From: Auanema rhodensis
Taxonomy: Eukaryota > Animalia > Nematoda
Assembly (NCBI GenBank): GCA_964057225.1
Contig: OZ059900.1
Location: forward strand, 9,424,001-9,488,000
DNA: 64,000 nt
Reading direction: 5' to 3'
Both the position numbers and the translations under genes were made by a program. A model generated the notes under the pieces. The model made no database searches. It was not told the origin of the DNA and saw only the letters and a list, made by a program, of their open reading frames with translations. Positions 12,770 through 26,500 of the stretch are shown here, one piece after another (the stretch's first letter is position 1; each line of letters opens with the position of its first letter).

Positions 12770-12990
12770 TCAGAAAAGCCAAAAAAAAAAAAGAATAATT
12801 AATCAAAACTTAATTGTCATAATTATATAATATTATATAATATATAATCTATAAATAATTATTTATATAATCAAAAAAAAAAGAAAAAAAAAAGAATAAT
12901 TAACTAAAACCTAATTGTCATACTTATATTATATAATATAAATAACCTTTTATATAATCAAAAAAAAAAAAAAACTTAACTGTCATATTT
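12770..12990. repeat. Degenerate AT-rich tandem repeat, ~3 units
   Basis: poly(A)-GAATAATTAA..AAAAC.TAATTGTCATA unit recurs near 12781 and 12885, and in shortened form near 12960. Confidence 0.65.
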
Positions 12991-14073
12991 ATGATATCTT
13001 GCATCCATTGTTTTGATTGAGCGCAATTATATCCAATTGTTCTACAAGGTATCGAGTAAACTATAACATACAAATGGACAAAAACTACCATATTGTATTC
13101 AGGAATTGATCGTTTTTCATGAATTATCAATTAATTAAGAATACTTTAACTAATTATAATAGTTAATGATGTAATATATTATATTGCTTTTTGAATATGT
13201 CTATGTTATAAGTTGAATCGGACTTTAGTTCAATTAATACAATTGAAACAATTCTTAACTATATTGTAATATTTCACATTTGATGTCATTTATTAACATA
13301 TACATATATTATATACCAAGTCATTTATTCGCACATATGTCCATAATAAAATAATATATTTAATCGAAATAAATATTGTATGCTATTCTATGTTGTTTTT
13401 TTATTTTCTGAATTTACAAACTGGAACAAGGAAAATTGCTATTCCACTTGAAAATTTTGGAACCAATTGAGAAAAAATTACTAATTATACATAATAAAGA
13501 TGACAATAAAAATAGTAAAAAAACCATTTGGTGGGCGTCTTTCAATGAAATATTATACTTGATGAGATGTATGGATATGATAAGTTGAGTTATTGGATAT
13601 CTGATGCTAATCTCGATTGAGAAGATACATAGGGAGTGTACTATAATCATAGGTTAGAATCAGTTTTGATGTTTTATCTCTATAAACGTATCTATATGAA
13701 AATAATAAATCTTACTCAAACTATCTGTTTGATATATGGTATAGAAAAACATTTGAATATATCTTATTTACTTACAAACAAACATTGGAATTTCTATTCA
13801 GTTCGCAAATTATGCAGAAAGCAGTATGTTCATGCATTATAATGCATATAAAAAACATATTTTACAAATATCAAGTTGGGTTATGGAAATGTATCTTTTT
13901 TTTGTTTTCGGCATGACCGATATATGATGAGCCAGATACCAGGTTATCCGTCATTTGTAAAAGACGTCCTTGGAAAAGGGGTTACATCGAAAGTGTCCAA
14001 CTATAGCAGTCGTCTTCAACTAGATCAGTGAGAGTATCTGACCCTATCTCGATATTCCGTAGACGTCCTGAAC

Positions 14074-15552
14074 ATGCTAGTCGTTTTACTTCTATCTACT
14101 ATAGCTATATGCTTAGGTAAATCTTAGAAATTAATTTAGAAACATAGTCGGTTGAAATGCTCAGTAATAAAACATATTTATAGCTTCACAGCCAACTTGT
14201 CCTAATGGACAATTCCCAAAACGGGATAATAATAATAAACTTGTTCAATGTCTTCCAGGTATGAAGTTTGATAATTATTTGTATAACTAAAAGCATTTTA
14301 GGATCTATGTTCAGTGACGCTTGTGGTTCTGATCACAAATGTTTCTTCTCCGGAATGAACTACATGTGCTGTCCTAGCAATGAACCATCTCCAACAAATC
14401 AGCCAACATGCCCTACTCCCTTAATGACAGTTTTGGGAAGTAGCGGTTTTCCATTAAAATGCAGTGCATTGACCAGGCGTTGTCCAAAGGTACAACAATC
14501 TTTTCGAATTAAACAATATTCCTGTTTAATGACCTGAGCTAGTAGTATAGCCAGATAGCAATCTGTTTTCAATGTCTCAATGCTTTTTTCCAATTTAGGA
14601 CAACATGTATTGTCTTGACGTTGGCTTAGATTTTATTTGTTGCGAGAAATCAAGTGAAACTACTACTGCTAAGCCCGCTACCACCGTATCAACGTTGATA
14701 TCCAACAATGGTCAACCCATCAAATTGAGAAAAGTTATCCGTAAAACACCTGGTACACATAATACTTCAATAAAAGCTATTTTAAACAAAAAATGAGTTT
14801 CAGCATGTCCTAAGAATACTTTGGGTGTAATTGGCGAAACCGGAGGACCATTACGCTGTAATACAGATGAGGAATGCGGAGGGGTAACTAAGCATTTTAT
14901 CATAGTATCCCATTCATTTCGATATTTTAGCCTAGTCAGTTCTGCTTCGGAAAATCAAAACGTATATGCTGCGAAAAAATTCTTACTCTCGAAGAAATTG
15001 TCCATGTCAAAGAGAAAGTTTCTGACCAAGAGTTAAAGAAGGTCAAACCGTCGAGCGAATCTTTGATCAATAAAAAAATAACTATTAAGAGTCATCGCAT
15101 CAGCGAAACTCGTGAGTATATACATACCAACGTTTCTATAGTTTTAAACAAAATGTGTAATTGCTTCAGGCACAATCGTTGACAGATCTCCTGTTCTCGA
15201 AGATGAAACACCAGCTCCTCTCATTGTTTTCACCACAACAGTTCCAACCACAACCACAACTAAATTACCAGTAATCTTGAGAGTATTGATTAATAAGATT
15301 AAATTATCTGTTTCAGGTTCGAACAAGAACTCCAACTCGTGTTGCTAGCAGACGCTTGAATGGTGTTCGAAATCTTTCAGAAGAGGTATGCTATCAATCT
15401 TTAATATCTTATAAACATAGAATGATTTTGAGGATAAGCGTTCTATGACTCAACAACTATTGATGGAACAAATCCGAAATGGATGGCCTTATGATGATCG
15501 TTTCTACCGACCAGCAGAACCAACCAATGCTGAAAACAACATTAGACTATAG
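14074..15552 (+). CDS. Secreted cysteine-repeat protein (Lustrin_cystein/WR1-like repeats, Thr-rich linkers)
   Basis: Signal peptide [14 protein letters not shown]; three CP-x-C-x-C-x-C-x-CC repeats; C-terminal [21 protein letters not shown]; TAG 15550-15552. Confidence 0.8.
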
Positions 15553-15732
15553 AAATGTTCTTGGAACGTATCTTGATCTAAATATCTTCATAACTTCATT
15601 TAATGAAATGTAAATATTAATAATATGAAATTTTTATACTATATTCTGGTATTTATGCAATTATTGATATTTGATGCAATCAGAGAAAAAGCTGCGAATA
15701 TAAGTCTTCAGCAATCATAATCTATATCACAA

Positions 15733-16031
15733 TTATGGTTTCTTATTTTCAAAATTGTATTCCACACTTGAGCAGTACAGTAATATCTCGTAGTAGAGAA
15801 AGCCAAACAGCATTGATACAGCACATATATTAATTGTTACAATCCATGGTGTGTAGTACTCAGCTGAATCATTGAAAACCTGAACATTTGATATTTATTG
15901 ATATTTGTTGAAAATATGAGTGTGTGGGGGATATGAGTAATACTTACTTTAGTAGCAATAATAAAGATCAGAAATAGAATAGCCAGCATGGCTAGACATA
16001 TACGAAATAGAAGCACCTTTCGTTCAGGCAT
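15733..16031 (-). CDS. Two-exon ~76-aa protein with two hydrophobic segments
   Basis: Exon 16031-15948 MPERKVLLFRICLAMLAILFLIFIIATK, GTAAGT donor, TTCAG acceptor, exon 15879-15733 VFNDSAEYYTPWIVTINICAVSMLFGFLYYEILLYCSSVEYNFENKKP*. Confidence 0.6.
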
Positions 16032-16632
16032 GGCAAACACTAACTGATTTGACAATTCATATTTTTTTCTCACAAACCTTTGACGGAGCGAAATGCAAAT
16101 TCAAAACATTCCCGTGAAAGCGTTGAAAAGTCGGTGAAAGAGGAGAAATGAATGTGACTCATTGCCTAAGTTTATAAAATTGCGCCAAGTTTGTCGTTTT
16201 GTTGTTGAAACATATGAATTATGAAAACTATTCAAATCTTACATGAAATGAGTCAATTAACTACTCTTCAAAAGTATTTAAAATACGAAATGATTGATGT
16301 TTGAAAGGCTATAGACGGATGATCGGTCCTTCAATTGCTTAATGAAACTTAATGAACTATTCAATAAAGTAATCAACTCAAAGTGAGCAATAACTCGGAG
16401 AAAAAAATTGAAAATGAAATAAAAATAAGAATAAGTTTGAATATAATGCGGAAAGATTCTCAATGGAGAGAATTTAATGTTTTCACTTTCTAAACTCAAA
16501 TGAATAAGTTCACTGAAGAAAAAATGTTTGTAGATGCATCATAGTCAGAATCAAATAGATTTGTGCCCCTGTGCCAAAGTGTTGAAATTCATAAAGCATA
16601 TAAGATTGAAATGTTTATTTGAGATGTGAGAT

Positions 16633-17680
16633 TTAGCGTCTGGTTCCGTCTTCGAAGAAGACTCCTCCGTCGATAGCGCAGTACTTGGGGCAAATTCCCT
16701 TCTCTCCTGGTCCTCCTGGTTGTCCAGCTTGTCCTGGAGTTCCTGGGTTACCGTCTGGTCCTGGGCTTCCTGGTTGTCCATTTGGTCCCTTTGGTCCAGC
16801 TTGTCCTAAAAATCTCTATTATATTAGTTCTGGAAAGCAAGTCTAACCAGGTTGTCCATCTTGTCCTGGTTGTCCTGGTTGTCCGGATGGTCCTGGTGGT
16901 CCTTGTGGTCCAGCTGGTCCTGGTGGTCCTGGGACTGGGTACTCATTTGGAGCATCTTGTCCTGGTTGTCCTGGTTGTCCTGGAGCTCCTGGTGATCCTG
17001 ATGGTCCTGGTGGTCCCTTTGGTCCTGGATGTCCTGGAAGAGCAAATCCGCCATCTTGTCCTGGGTTTCCTGGAATTCCGGCATCTCCAGCTGGTCCTGG
17101 AGCTCCTGGTGGTCCTGGTGGTCCAGCAGGGCATGGCTTGCATGGTGGAGGAGTGATTGGATTGCATGGAGTCTGAGATGGCTTTCCTGGGTTTCCTGGC
17201 ATTCCTGGGGCTCCTGGTCTTCCTGGAGTTCCTGGTCTTCCTGGAGTTCCAGCTGGACCTTGTGGTCCTGGAAGACAGCAAGCATTGCAGTTTCCTGGCT
17301 TTACATATCCATTTCTTCCACCACGTGGAGGGTCTTGTTGAACTCCTTCATCGACTTCATATCCTGCTTGGCGAGCAGTTCTGTTTCTTGGAGCATCTTT
17401 CAAATGATTGACTTCAGTCCAAATATCCTTAGCAGAAGACTAAAAGAGAAAATATTAATAAACAATGTATATGAAGAAGTCGAAAAAGAAGAAAATGAAG
17501 GAAAGCACTTACTTTGCAGAACTGAATTTCTCTGTTCATTGATCTCTTTACATGGTACACATAGTTATGAACCATAGGAAGAGTTACACATATTGAAAGT
17601 ACTGCAACAAGTGAGAATGCTACAGCAGCATATGATACAAAGCGATAAGCTTTAATGCGATGACCAAGATCGTAAGACAT
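16633..17680 (-). CDS. Nematode cuticle collagen, 3 exons
   Basis: Col_cuticle_N-like segment ([30 protein letters not shown]), RTAR cleavage site, CNACC, Gly-X-Y blocks, C-terminus [21 protein letters not shown]. Confidence 0.97.
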
Positions 17681-18157
17681 GATGCCCTTGGTTTGCTTTG
17701 AAGTTATTGCCTTCTTTATATAAGATTTTCAAATACGGAAGAAACTTAAATGAAACTTAAAATAGTGAGAAAGCTATCATGTGTAATTATTTTTATAGTT
17801 GGGTAATTAAAAGAGAAAATCAAAAGCATAGTTTAATGTTTAATTAAATACTAAATGAATATATCTTTTCAGATCCCATGCTCATCCATCAAAAAAAACT
17901 AAAAGTTGTACTGAATTGTTACCATATGTAATAAAACTTTAATATCTTCTGTTTCATATTTAAATCTTGTTTTTTACATAATCGAAACAAAAACTTTATA
18001 TAGATTTCGATACTCTTTGCAACATTGAACCTCTACAACAGGTAGTGAAGGAGAAACAAACAAACATTGTAGTGAAAACAGTTTTCCACACAGTTTTCCC
18101 ATGAAAATGACGGGTATATAAAGACTTTGAAACTATTATGCAACAGCAGACTAAATC

Positions 18158-19209
18158 ATGTCTAACGAAGATCTTGGTCATCGCATTAAAGCTTATCGCT
18201 TTGTATCATATGCTGCTGTAGCATTCTCACTTGTTGCAGTACTTTCAATATGTGTAACTCTTCCTATGGTTCATAACTATGTGTACCATGTAAAGAGATC
18301 AATGAACAGAGAAATTCAGTTCTGCAAAGTAAGTGCTTTCCTTCATTTTCTTCTTTTTTCGACTTCTTCATATACATTGTTTATTAATATTTTCTCTTTT
18401 AGTCTTCTGCTAAGGATATTTGGACTGAAGTCAATCATTTGAAAGATGCTCCAAGAAACAGAACTGCTCGCCAAGCAGGATATGAAGTCGATGAAGGAGT
18501 TCAACAAGACCCTCCACGTGGTGGAAGAAATGGATATGTAAAGCCAGGAAACTGCAATGCTTGCTGTCTTCCAGGACCACAAGGTCCAGCTGGAACTCCA
18601 GGAAGACCAGGAACTCCAGGAAGACCAGGAGCCCCAGGAATGCCAGGAAACCCAGGAAAGCCATCTCAGACTCCATGCAATCCAATCACTCCTCCACCAT
18701 GCAAGCCATGCCCTGCTGGACCACCAGGACCACCAGGAGCTCCAGGACCAGCTGGAGATGCCGGAATTCCAGGAAACCCAGGACAAGATGGCGGATTTGC
18801 TCTTCCAGGACATCCAGGACCAAAGGGACCACCAGGACCATCAGGATCACCAGGAGCTCCAGGACAACCAGGACAACCAGGACAAGATGCTCCAAATGAG
18901 TACCCAGTCCCAGGACCACCAGGACCAGCTGGACCACAAGGACCACCAGGACCATCCGGACAACCAGGACAACCAGGACAAGATGGACAACCTGGTTAGA
19001 CTTGCTTTCCAGAACTAAGATAATAGAGATTTTTAGGACAAGCTGGACCAAAGGGACCAAATGGACAACCAGGAAGCCCAGGACCAGACGGTAACCCAGG
19101 AACTCCAGGACAAGCTGGACAACCAGGAGGACCAGGAGAGAAGGGAATTTGCCCCAAGTACTGCGCTATCGACGGAGGAGTCTTCTTCGAAGACGGAACC
19201 AGACGCTAA
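18158..19209 (+). CDS. Nematode cuticle collagen, inverted duplicate of 16633-17680
   Basis: Same sequence apart from the first codons (MSNEDLG vs MSYDLG); TAA 19207-19209. Confidence 0.97.
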
Positions 19210-20561
19210 ATCTCACATCTCAAATAAACATTTCAATCTTATATGTACTTTCATGTGGTTACTGTTTCAAAATTATCGTGATCGACCAAATTCTCGGAAA
19301 ACTTAAAGTTTTTGAATAAGATTAATTGCTGAATGCGTTCTAATCGTAGCATTATGACTTTTTTGGCGATAATCATAAAAAAAGGCATTTTATTGAAGAT
19401 TCTATGAGCAGTTAAGACACATTCTTATCACGTTGGTTTCATCAGTAAAAAAAGTTCCCGGTACAATTGGCTATATGCCGCTTCTTTATCTAGGATAAAA
19501 TCAACTGAATGCCGATGATGCAATATTAGTAGGCCACAAGTAGAAACGAATAGAAATCTAATGCTAGATTAATCGATCATTCAATCTAGATAAAAAGAAA
19601 GGTCATTTCTTTTCGGGATCCCTTCAGTCGTCAATTCGTTCCGTTCAAGGTGACGAGACGTCCATTCACTCTTCATTCCGCATTTACATTGCTAACTCTC
19701 GTGGTTTTACAGTCATAGCATCCGCGACCTATATTTACGTCAACGCGACTTTTGCGAACATTTTCCAATTCGTTATTTTCACAGATCTTCTTATTCATTT
19801 ACTTTTCATGAATAATTTTTCTCTAGATGAAATAAACTTTTGTTTATACAATAAATTAGTTCGAAACTGTTTAAGTTGAATTGAATTTATTCATTCACAA
19901 AACTTATCGAAATCATTTTCAGTTATTCGCCCTCATATGACACCATTTTCAGAAAGTAATTGCTCTTATTATCACCTAACCTTGAAACGTGATAAACTCA
20001 TCTGAATTGAATATAAATTCAAAAGAGATGATTTTCAACTATCATGAAACATTTTTCGCGTCAAAACACTTATTTTAGTTGAAATTCCAAGTAAAATAGT
20101 ATTTTTTCTCATAGCACAGCACTACCCCAAATATCATTGTCATTTGATTTCCACTAGTTTATCAATTATATTGGCATCATAAAAAATGTACCTGACCTAC
20201 AAAATTTCACAGAAATGCAACATTATTGTCAGACAGTTGGATAGTTTCATATCTTTGAGTTTTTTATCCAACATTTTGCGAAATATATACTTGAAATATC
20301 AAATAAATATAACTGAAATATTTTATTTTGATCCATTTCCTTTATAAAATATACAAACCTATTTCTGTCTGCAAATAATTTAGAGATTCTATTACTCTCA
20401 GAGTTCTTTTAACAATTTGTCCTTGACAATCACGCCTGCCCTCCACGCATCCAGCAAATATTCATTCGACCTATCTGACCTTTTTATATAACGATTTCTT
20501 GCATATGAACGATATTTCAATCAAAATGACCTTCTTTTCAGATTTTCGGACATCAAACAGT

Positions 20562-23500
20562 ATGAGCAACAGCGAGCAAGAGCAACCATTCTGGAAATCT
20601 CAAGATGATATTGTAATTTCGGGTGTTTCTGGACGTTTTCCAAGGTAAGAATCATTTAAATCAAAAACCATCACGAGCATTCCATTAAAAAATTAAAAAA
20701 AGTACATTTATCACTAATTGTTATATTTTTAACTAAATAAATTAAAAAAACATCCAGAACGTTCCATTAAAAAATCAAAAAGAGTGCATTTATCACTAAT
20801 TGCACTCCGGTGATAAATGGCGCCAAGCGCACTGATGATTAATTACGAACAAACGCCAATTAAAAAATCTTTTTACACTTCTCAGACATTTTTTATAAAA
20901 CATCAACGTACGATATATGTTTCTGATAGTTTTTTACTAACTTTAGATGTGAAAACGTTGATGAATTTGCTGAGAAACTTCTGGCCGGAGAAGATTTAAT
21001 AACTGAGGATGATCTTAGATGGCCTCCCGGTAATATTCTACAAATCGACCAGAAAAACTGAAAAAATTTTTAGGATTCTATGATCTCCCAAAACGACATG
21101 GAAAACTTAAAGAATTGAAGAAGTTCGATGCTCAATTTTTCTCTGTTACTCCTAAGCAAGCCAACTATATGGATCCTCAAGTGAGAATTCTACTTGAGGT
21201 TACCTTTGAGGCTATGGTTGACGCAGGTAAGAGTGTTCTATACAATTGATGTGGCCTACAACATGTTATTGGAGGTATCAATCCATATGACCTTCGTGGA
21301 TCTCGTACTGGAGTGTTTGTTGGATGTTCTGGCTCAGAAACATCTGCCGCTCTCACACAAGATCCTGAAGCTGTAACTGGTTACTCATTGACTGGATGTG
21401 TTGGTGCTATGTTTGCCAACCGTCTTTCTTTCACTTTCAACTTGCAAGGACCATCTTTCTCAGTGGACACTGCTTGTTCTAGTTCACTTTTAGCTTTACA
21501 ATTAGCTGTTGACTCAATTCGTCAGGTGATATATGGATTGGTAATGACTGTTTTCAACAATACGTTTAGGGACAATGTGATGCTGCTATTGTTGCTGGAT
21601 CTCATTTAACTCTTACTCCAACAGTTGCTTTGCAATTTTTAAGACTTGGAATGTTAACCGATAAAGGAATGTGTCGTTCTTTTGACGACAATGGTGACGG
21701 TTACTGCCGTACCGAAGGAATTGCTGCTATATTTATCCAAAGAAAAGAAAAAGCACAACGTCTTTATGCAACAATTCTGCATGCTAAATCTAGCACTGAT
21801 GGAAACAAGGAACAGGGAATTACTTTCCCATCAGGTGCTAGACAAGCACAACTTCTTGAAGAAGTCTATGGAGAAGCCAATATCAATCCAAACGATGTTT
21901 ATTATGTAGAAGCCCACGGTACTGGTACCAAGGTAAAACATTTAAACCTGTCTGTCAATTAAGCAACAAGTTGATATTTAGGTTGGAGATCCACAAGAAG
22001 CTAATGCTATCTGTCAAGTATTCTGCTCAAACAGAACTGAGCCTCTTCTCATTGGTTCAGTCAAGTCAAATATGGGTCATGCCGAACCAGCTTCCGGTCT
22101 TTGTTCTATTGCTAAGGTAATATTTGAAATATAACTTGTAATTGGTGTATTCATGTAAATCTCATTATAGATTCTTTTGTCAATTGAACGTAGACAAATT
22201 CCACCCAATCTTCACTTTGAAACTCCTAACCAGTACATCCCTGGATTAGTTGATGGTCGCCTTAAGGTTGTCACTGAACCAACCCCAATTCACGATGGAG
22301 CCATTATTGGAATTAATTCTTTCGGTTTTGGTGGTTCTAACACTCACGTCGTTCTTAAAGTTACCGATCACGTTGCTCAAGAATATCCTAAGCCATCCAT
22401 CCCCAAAATTCTTACATATTGCGGAAGAACTAAGGATGCTATTACCAACGTTTTTGACAATGTAGAAAAGCACATGGACAATACTCATTTACAAGCGTTG
22501 TTGGCTAACCAAGCTAACATGCCAGCCAAGGATTGTCCATTCAGAGGATACATGATCATGTATCGTAACCGTGACGTAGCTCCACTCAAGGAAGTCCAAA
22601 AGGTTAGATATACATTTGTTCTGGAAAATAATTTTCAAAATACATTTCAGGTCAGCATCACGGAACCTAGACCTGTTTATTTCATTTATTCTGGTATGGG
22701 ATCTCAATGGCCAGGAATGGCTCAGAAACTTATGTGTATTCCAATGTTTGACAATTCTCTTCGTGAATCAAGCAAAGTAAGCTGGCAATTGCCGTAAACA
22801 CTAATTAAGACTTTATTTGTAGTGTCTTGAAGAATTTGGACTCGATGTCTACAAGATGCTTTGCAACTCTGATCCTGACCAATACAAATCTAATACATTG
22901 AACTGCATGTTGGCCATCACTGCTATTCAAATTGCTCTGACTGACGTTATGTATGCTCTTGGAGTTACCCCCGATGGAATTATTGGACATTCCACTGGAG
23001 AAATGGGTTGCGGTTATGCCGATGGGGGTATAACTCGTGAACAAACAATGCGTCTTGCCTACCATCGTGGTACCACTATGATGAAACACAAAGAGATTAC
23101 TGGAGCTATGGCTGCCGTTGGGCTTACATGGGAAGAAGCTACTGCTCAGTGCCCAGAAGGCGTTGTGGCTGCCTGTCACAACGGAGCTGATTCTGTTACC
23201 ATTTCTGGTACTGCTGAAGGAGTAGAAAAGATGGTTCAAGACCTGACTGACAAGGGAGTATTCGCTAAGGTTCAGTTTTCACTTTCAAACTTTTGTTATT
23301 TAAAACATTCCAGATGGTTGACTCTTCTGGCATTCCTTTCCACTCCCCAATGATGGCCAAAGTAAAGCAACCTATGCTTGAGGCAATGAAAGTTGCTGTT
23401 CCTGAACCCAAACCACGTACATCTAAATGGATTTCTACTTCCATTCCAGAATCTGAATGGGAGAGCGATTTGGCTGCCACATGGTAACAACTACAACATA

Positions 23501-26500
23501 GAATTACCTAAACATTTATTTACAGCTCTGCCGATTACCATGTGAACAATGCATGCAGTCCAGTTCTCTTCTATGAAGCTCTTCAAAAAATTCCAGCCAA
23601 TGCTGTCACTATTGAAATGGCTCCACATTCACTTATGCAGGCAGTTCTCCGTCGTTCATTGCAAAAAACCTGCACAAACGTTGGTTTGATGAATAAGCCT
23701 AAGAGCGAAAATGACAACGAACTCGAAAGCTTCCTTGCTGTAAGTTCAATCTATGATATTTCACTATTTATTCACTTTTTTACAGTCCATTGGAAAGATC
23801 TATCAGTCTGGAGCTTACATTTGTCCCGAAAACCTGTATCCTGAAGGTCGCTACACTGGTGTTGTTCCTAAGGGAACCCCAATGATTGGACCTATGTGGA
23901 AGTGGGATCACTCTGCTGATTGGCCAGTTGTTGATGGAAGAATGATGACCGGTGGAGCTGCTGGCGCTATTCCAGCTTCAGCTACATACAATATTGATCC
24001 ATTTGCTGCTGATTCAAAAGAAGCTTATTTACTCGATCATTGCATTGATGGACGTGTTCTTTATCCATTTACTGGACACATGGTACTCGCATGGAAAACT
24101 CTCTGTAAACTTAAAGGTGTTGACTTCCAAAAAACTCCAGTTGTTTTTGAGAATATTAATGTTTTCTCTGCCACCATCCTCACCAAGCCAAGTAAGACAT
24201 GTGTATCCTTTATGAATTCTCAATTTTTTTTTCAGTTAAACTTGACGTAATTCTCACCCCAGGAAATGGACAGTTTGAAATTATTTCCGATGAACAAGTT
24301 GCTGCATCAGGAAAGATCTATATACCTGATGAAGACAAGCCATTCTATTACCACAACTGGAAAGAAATCCGCACTTCCGAAATTGCTGATCGTATCGAAC
24401 TAGATACTGAGGATTGCTACAAAGAATTCTTATTGCGTGGATACGAATATGGACAGGCTTTCCGTGGAATCTTCAATACTTGCAACTCTGGTGAGAGAGG
24501 TTACCTATATTGGACAGGAAACTGGGTTACCTTCTTGGATTCCCTTCTTCAAACAGCTTTACTGGCTGAGAGGTATGATTTGGCAGATAGAAGGTGTTTG
24601 ATCACATTATTCCTTACAGATCTGATACTCTCCGTCTACCAACAAGAGTTCGTCATTTGAGAATTGATCCCGTCAAGCATTTAGAACATGTAGTTGAGAA
24701 GGACGGCATTCAAGTTATTGAGCTTCGTAATGATCATGCTACTAACGGTTGCATTGCTGGAGGAGTCGAATGCTGTGATTTGAACGCTCATACTGTCCAA
24801 CGTCGTCTCCAGACTGCTGGACAGTTATACTATGAACGTATTCACTTCGTACCACACCAAGATGATCAAGCATTCTCTGAAGCAGCCTTCCACAAAGAAA
24901 GAGATACTTTAGTACAATATAAAGATTGTCTCCGTTCCCGTATGTTTTTACTTTTATCTTTTTTTACAATAATATATATTTATAGTTATTGGAGCTGGTT
25001 TGAACAACTGGATCAAAAATAATGGACGAATTGAGGAGCTCTCCAACGGAAGCCGTTTGATGCAAGTTGCACAAGCTTTATCCAATGCTCCATCGGTCGA
25101 TAGTGCTAGTCTCAAACAATTTGTTGGAGATTCTAAGTGCCCTGTCATTCACAGTTTCAATGATCTTTTCAAATTAACCTGGCCTGCTCCTGGTTCACAA
25201 GACTTCGATGAGTTCCCACAGAAAGTTTCTGCAACTCTCAACTCTGTCAAAACTATTTTTGATACTGATCGTCTTTGGGCAGCTGCACTCACTCAGGATC
25301 GTATTTTGAAAACTATTCAAGATATCTGCTTTGAGAATTCTTCTGGTCATACTATCAAACTTGGAGGAGTAGAGCTGACTTCCACTGAACAAATGAAACA
25401 AATGTTGGAATCAAGCAGCTCTCATCCACTTCTTGAAATTGACAGCCTTTGTATTGGACCAGCTGTTGATCAACTAGATGAGAATACATTAGAACAACTT
25501 GGATCTCGCAAAATTAAGGCTACCATCGATGAAACCTTTACCGGACATGGTGATGCCAAGGCTCGTGATTACATCTTGATTGACAAGGTGCTTTGCAAGA
25601 AGGAAGATCCTGTTAGCTACTTGGAAAGCTGCAAGCATCTTTTACGTGACGACGGTCTTGCTGTTGTTGTTGAAGTAACTTCCGATTACGAGATTGCGAT
25701 GGCTGTTCAAGGATTACTCGGAACCGAGTTGCCTTCAGTTGAAGGACGTCAATATGGCATGTATTACAGCCACGAGCAGCTTTTGAGCATTTTTGAAAAG
25801 GCTGGCTACAAAGTATGTATCTACCAAAGTGACAAAGCCATCATGACTACTTGTTATCTTATCCGAAAAATCCCTACTCTGGAAAGAGATCCAGCATTTA
25901 TCGATATTGATGATATTGAGAATTTCAACTGGATTGAACCACTTCAAAAAGTTATTGAAGAACGATTAAATGAGCCCGATAACAAGACAATTTGGTTAAC
26001 ATCCACAAAGGTATTATAGTTTTCCTTGAACTTCTTTGAATTGCTATGTTTTCAGGAAAGAAAAAATGGAGTTGTTGGATTAGCTTTATGTTTTGTTGAA
26101 GAAAATTTGAAGAACAACCGCTTCCGTTCTATCTTTGATATGTCTATCAAGGAGGAGAATAGATCTGGTGATGCTAAGCTCTCTTTGGAGAGTGATGAAG
26201 TGAAAAAGATTATTGATCTTGATCTTCATGCTAATAACTATCGTGATGGCGTTTGGGGATCACTTCGTCACTTCGTAGTAAAAGAAGGTAAGTACTCCGT
26301 TTTGGAACTATATATGAATTTATTTTTCAGATGAATCTCATGTATTCAAACGTTGTGAGCACGCTTTCATCAACACTTTAACTCGTGGAGATGTCAGCTC
26401 TCTTACATGGTTCGAGTCTCCAAATCAATTCTTCGATGCTATCGAAAACAGAAAGGATTCTCAAGAGCTCTGCTCAGTTTATTACTCTGCTATTAACTTC

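Larger units (their letters stand above)
16597..19245. repeat. ~1.07-kb inverted repeat formed by the collagen pair, with ~0.5-kb unique spacer
   Basis: Identity runs from GATCTTGGTCATCGC to just past AATAAA; only a 1-nt indel (intron 1) and one substitution (intron 2) noticed. Confidence 0.95.

Noticed and set aside
15308-19270. piRNA upstream (CTGTTTCA) motifs
   Set aside because: Only isolated hits, one being a splice acceptor; no clustering.
16551-19306. Many overlapping ORFs on alternative frames/strands of the collagens (QDHQD, WSSWS, RTTR, LVVLV repeats)
   Set aside because: Shadow frames of GGA-CCA-rich Gly-X-Y codons.
20832-20926. Possible C/D snoRNA in fasn-1 intron 1 (TGATGA ... 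CTGA)
   Set aside because: Box C lacks the 5' purine, terminal stem negligible, no recognisable rRNA guide.
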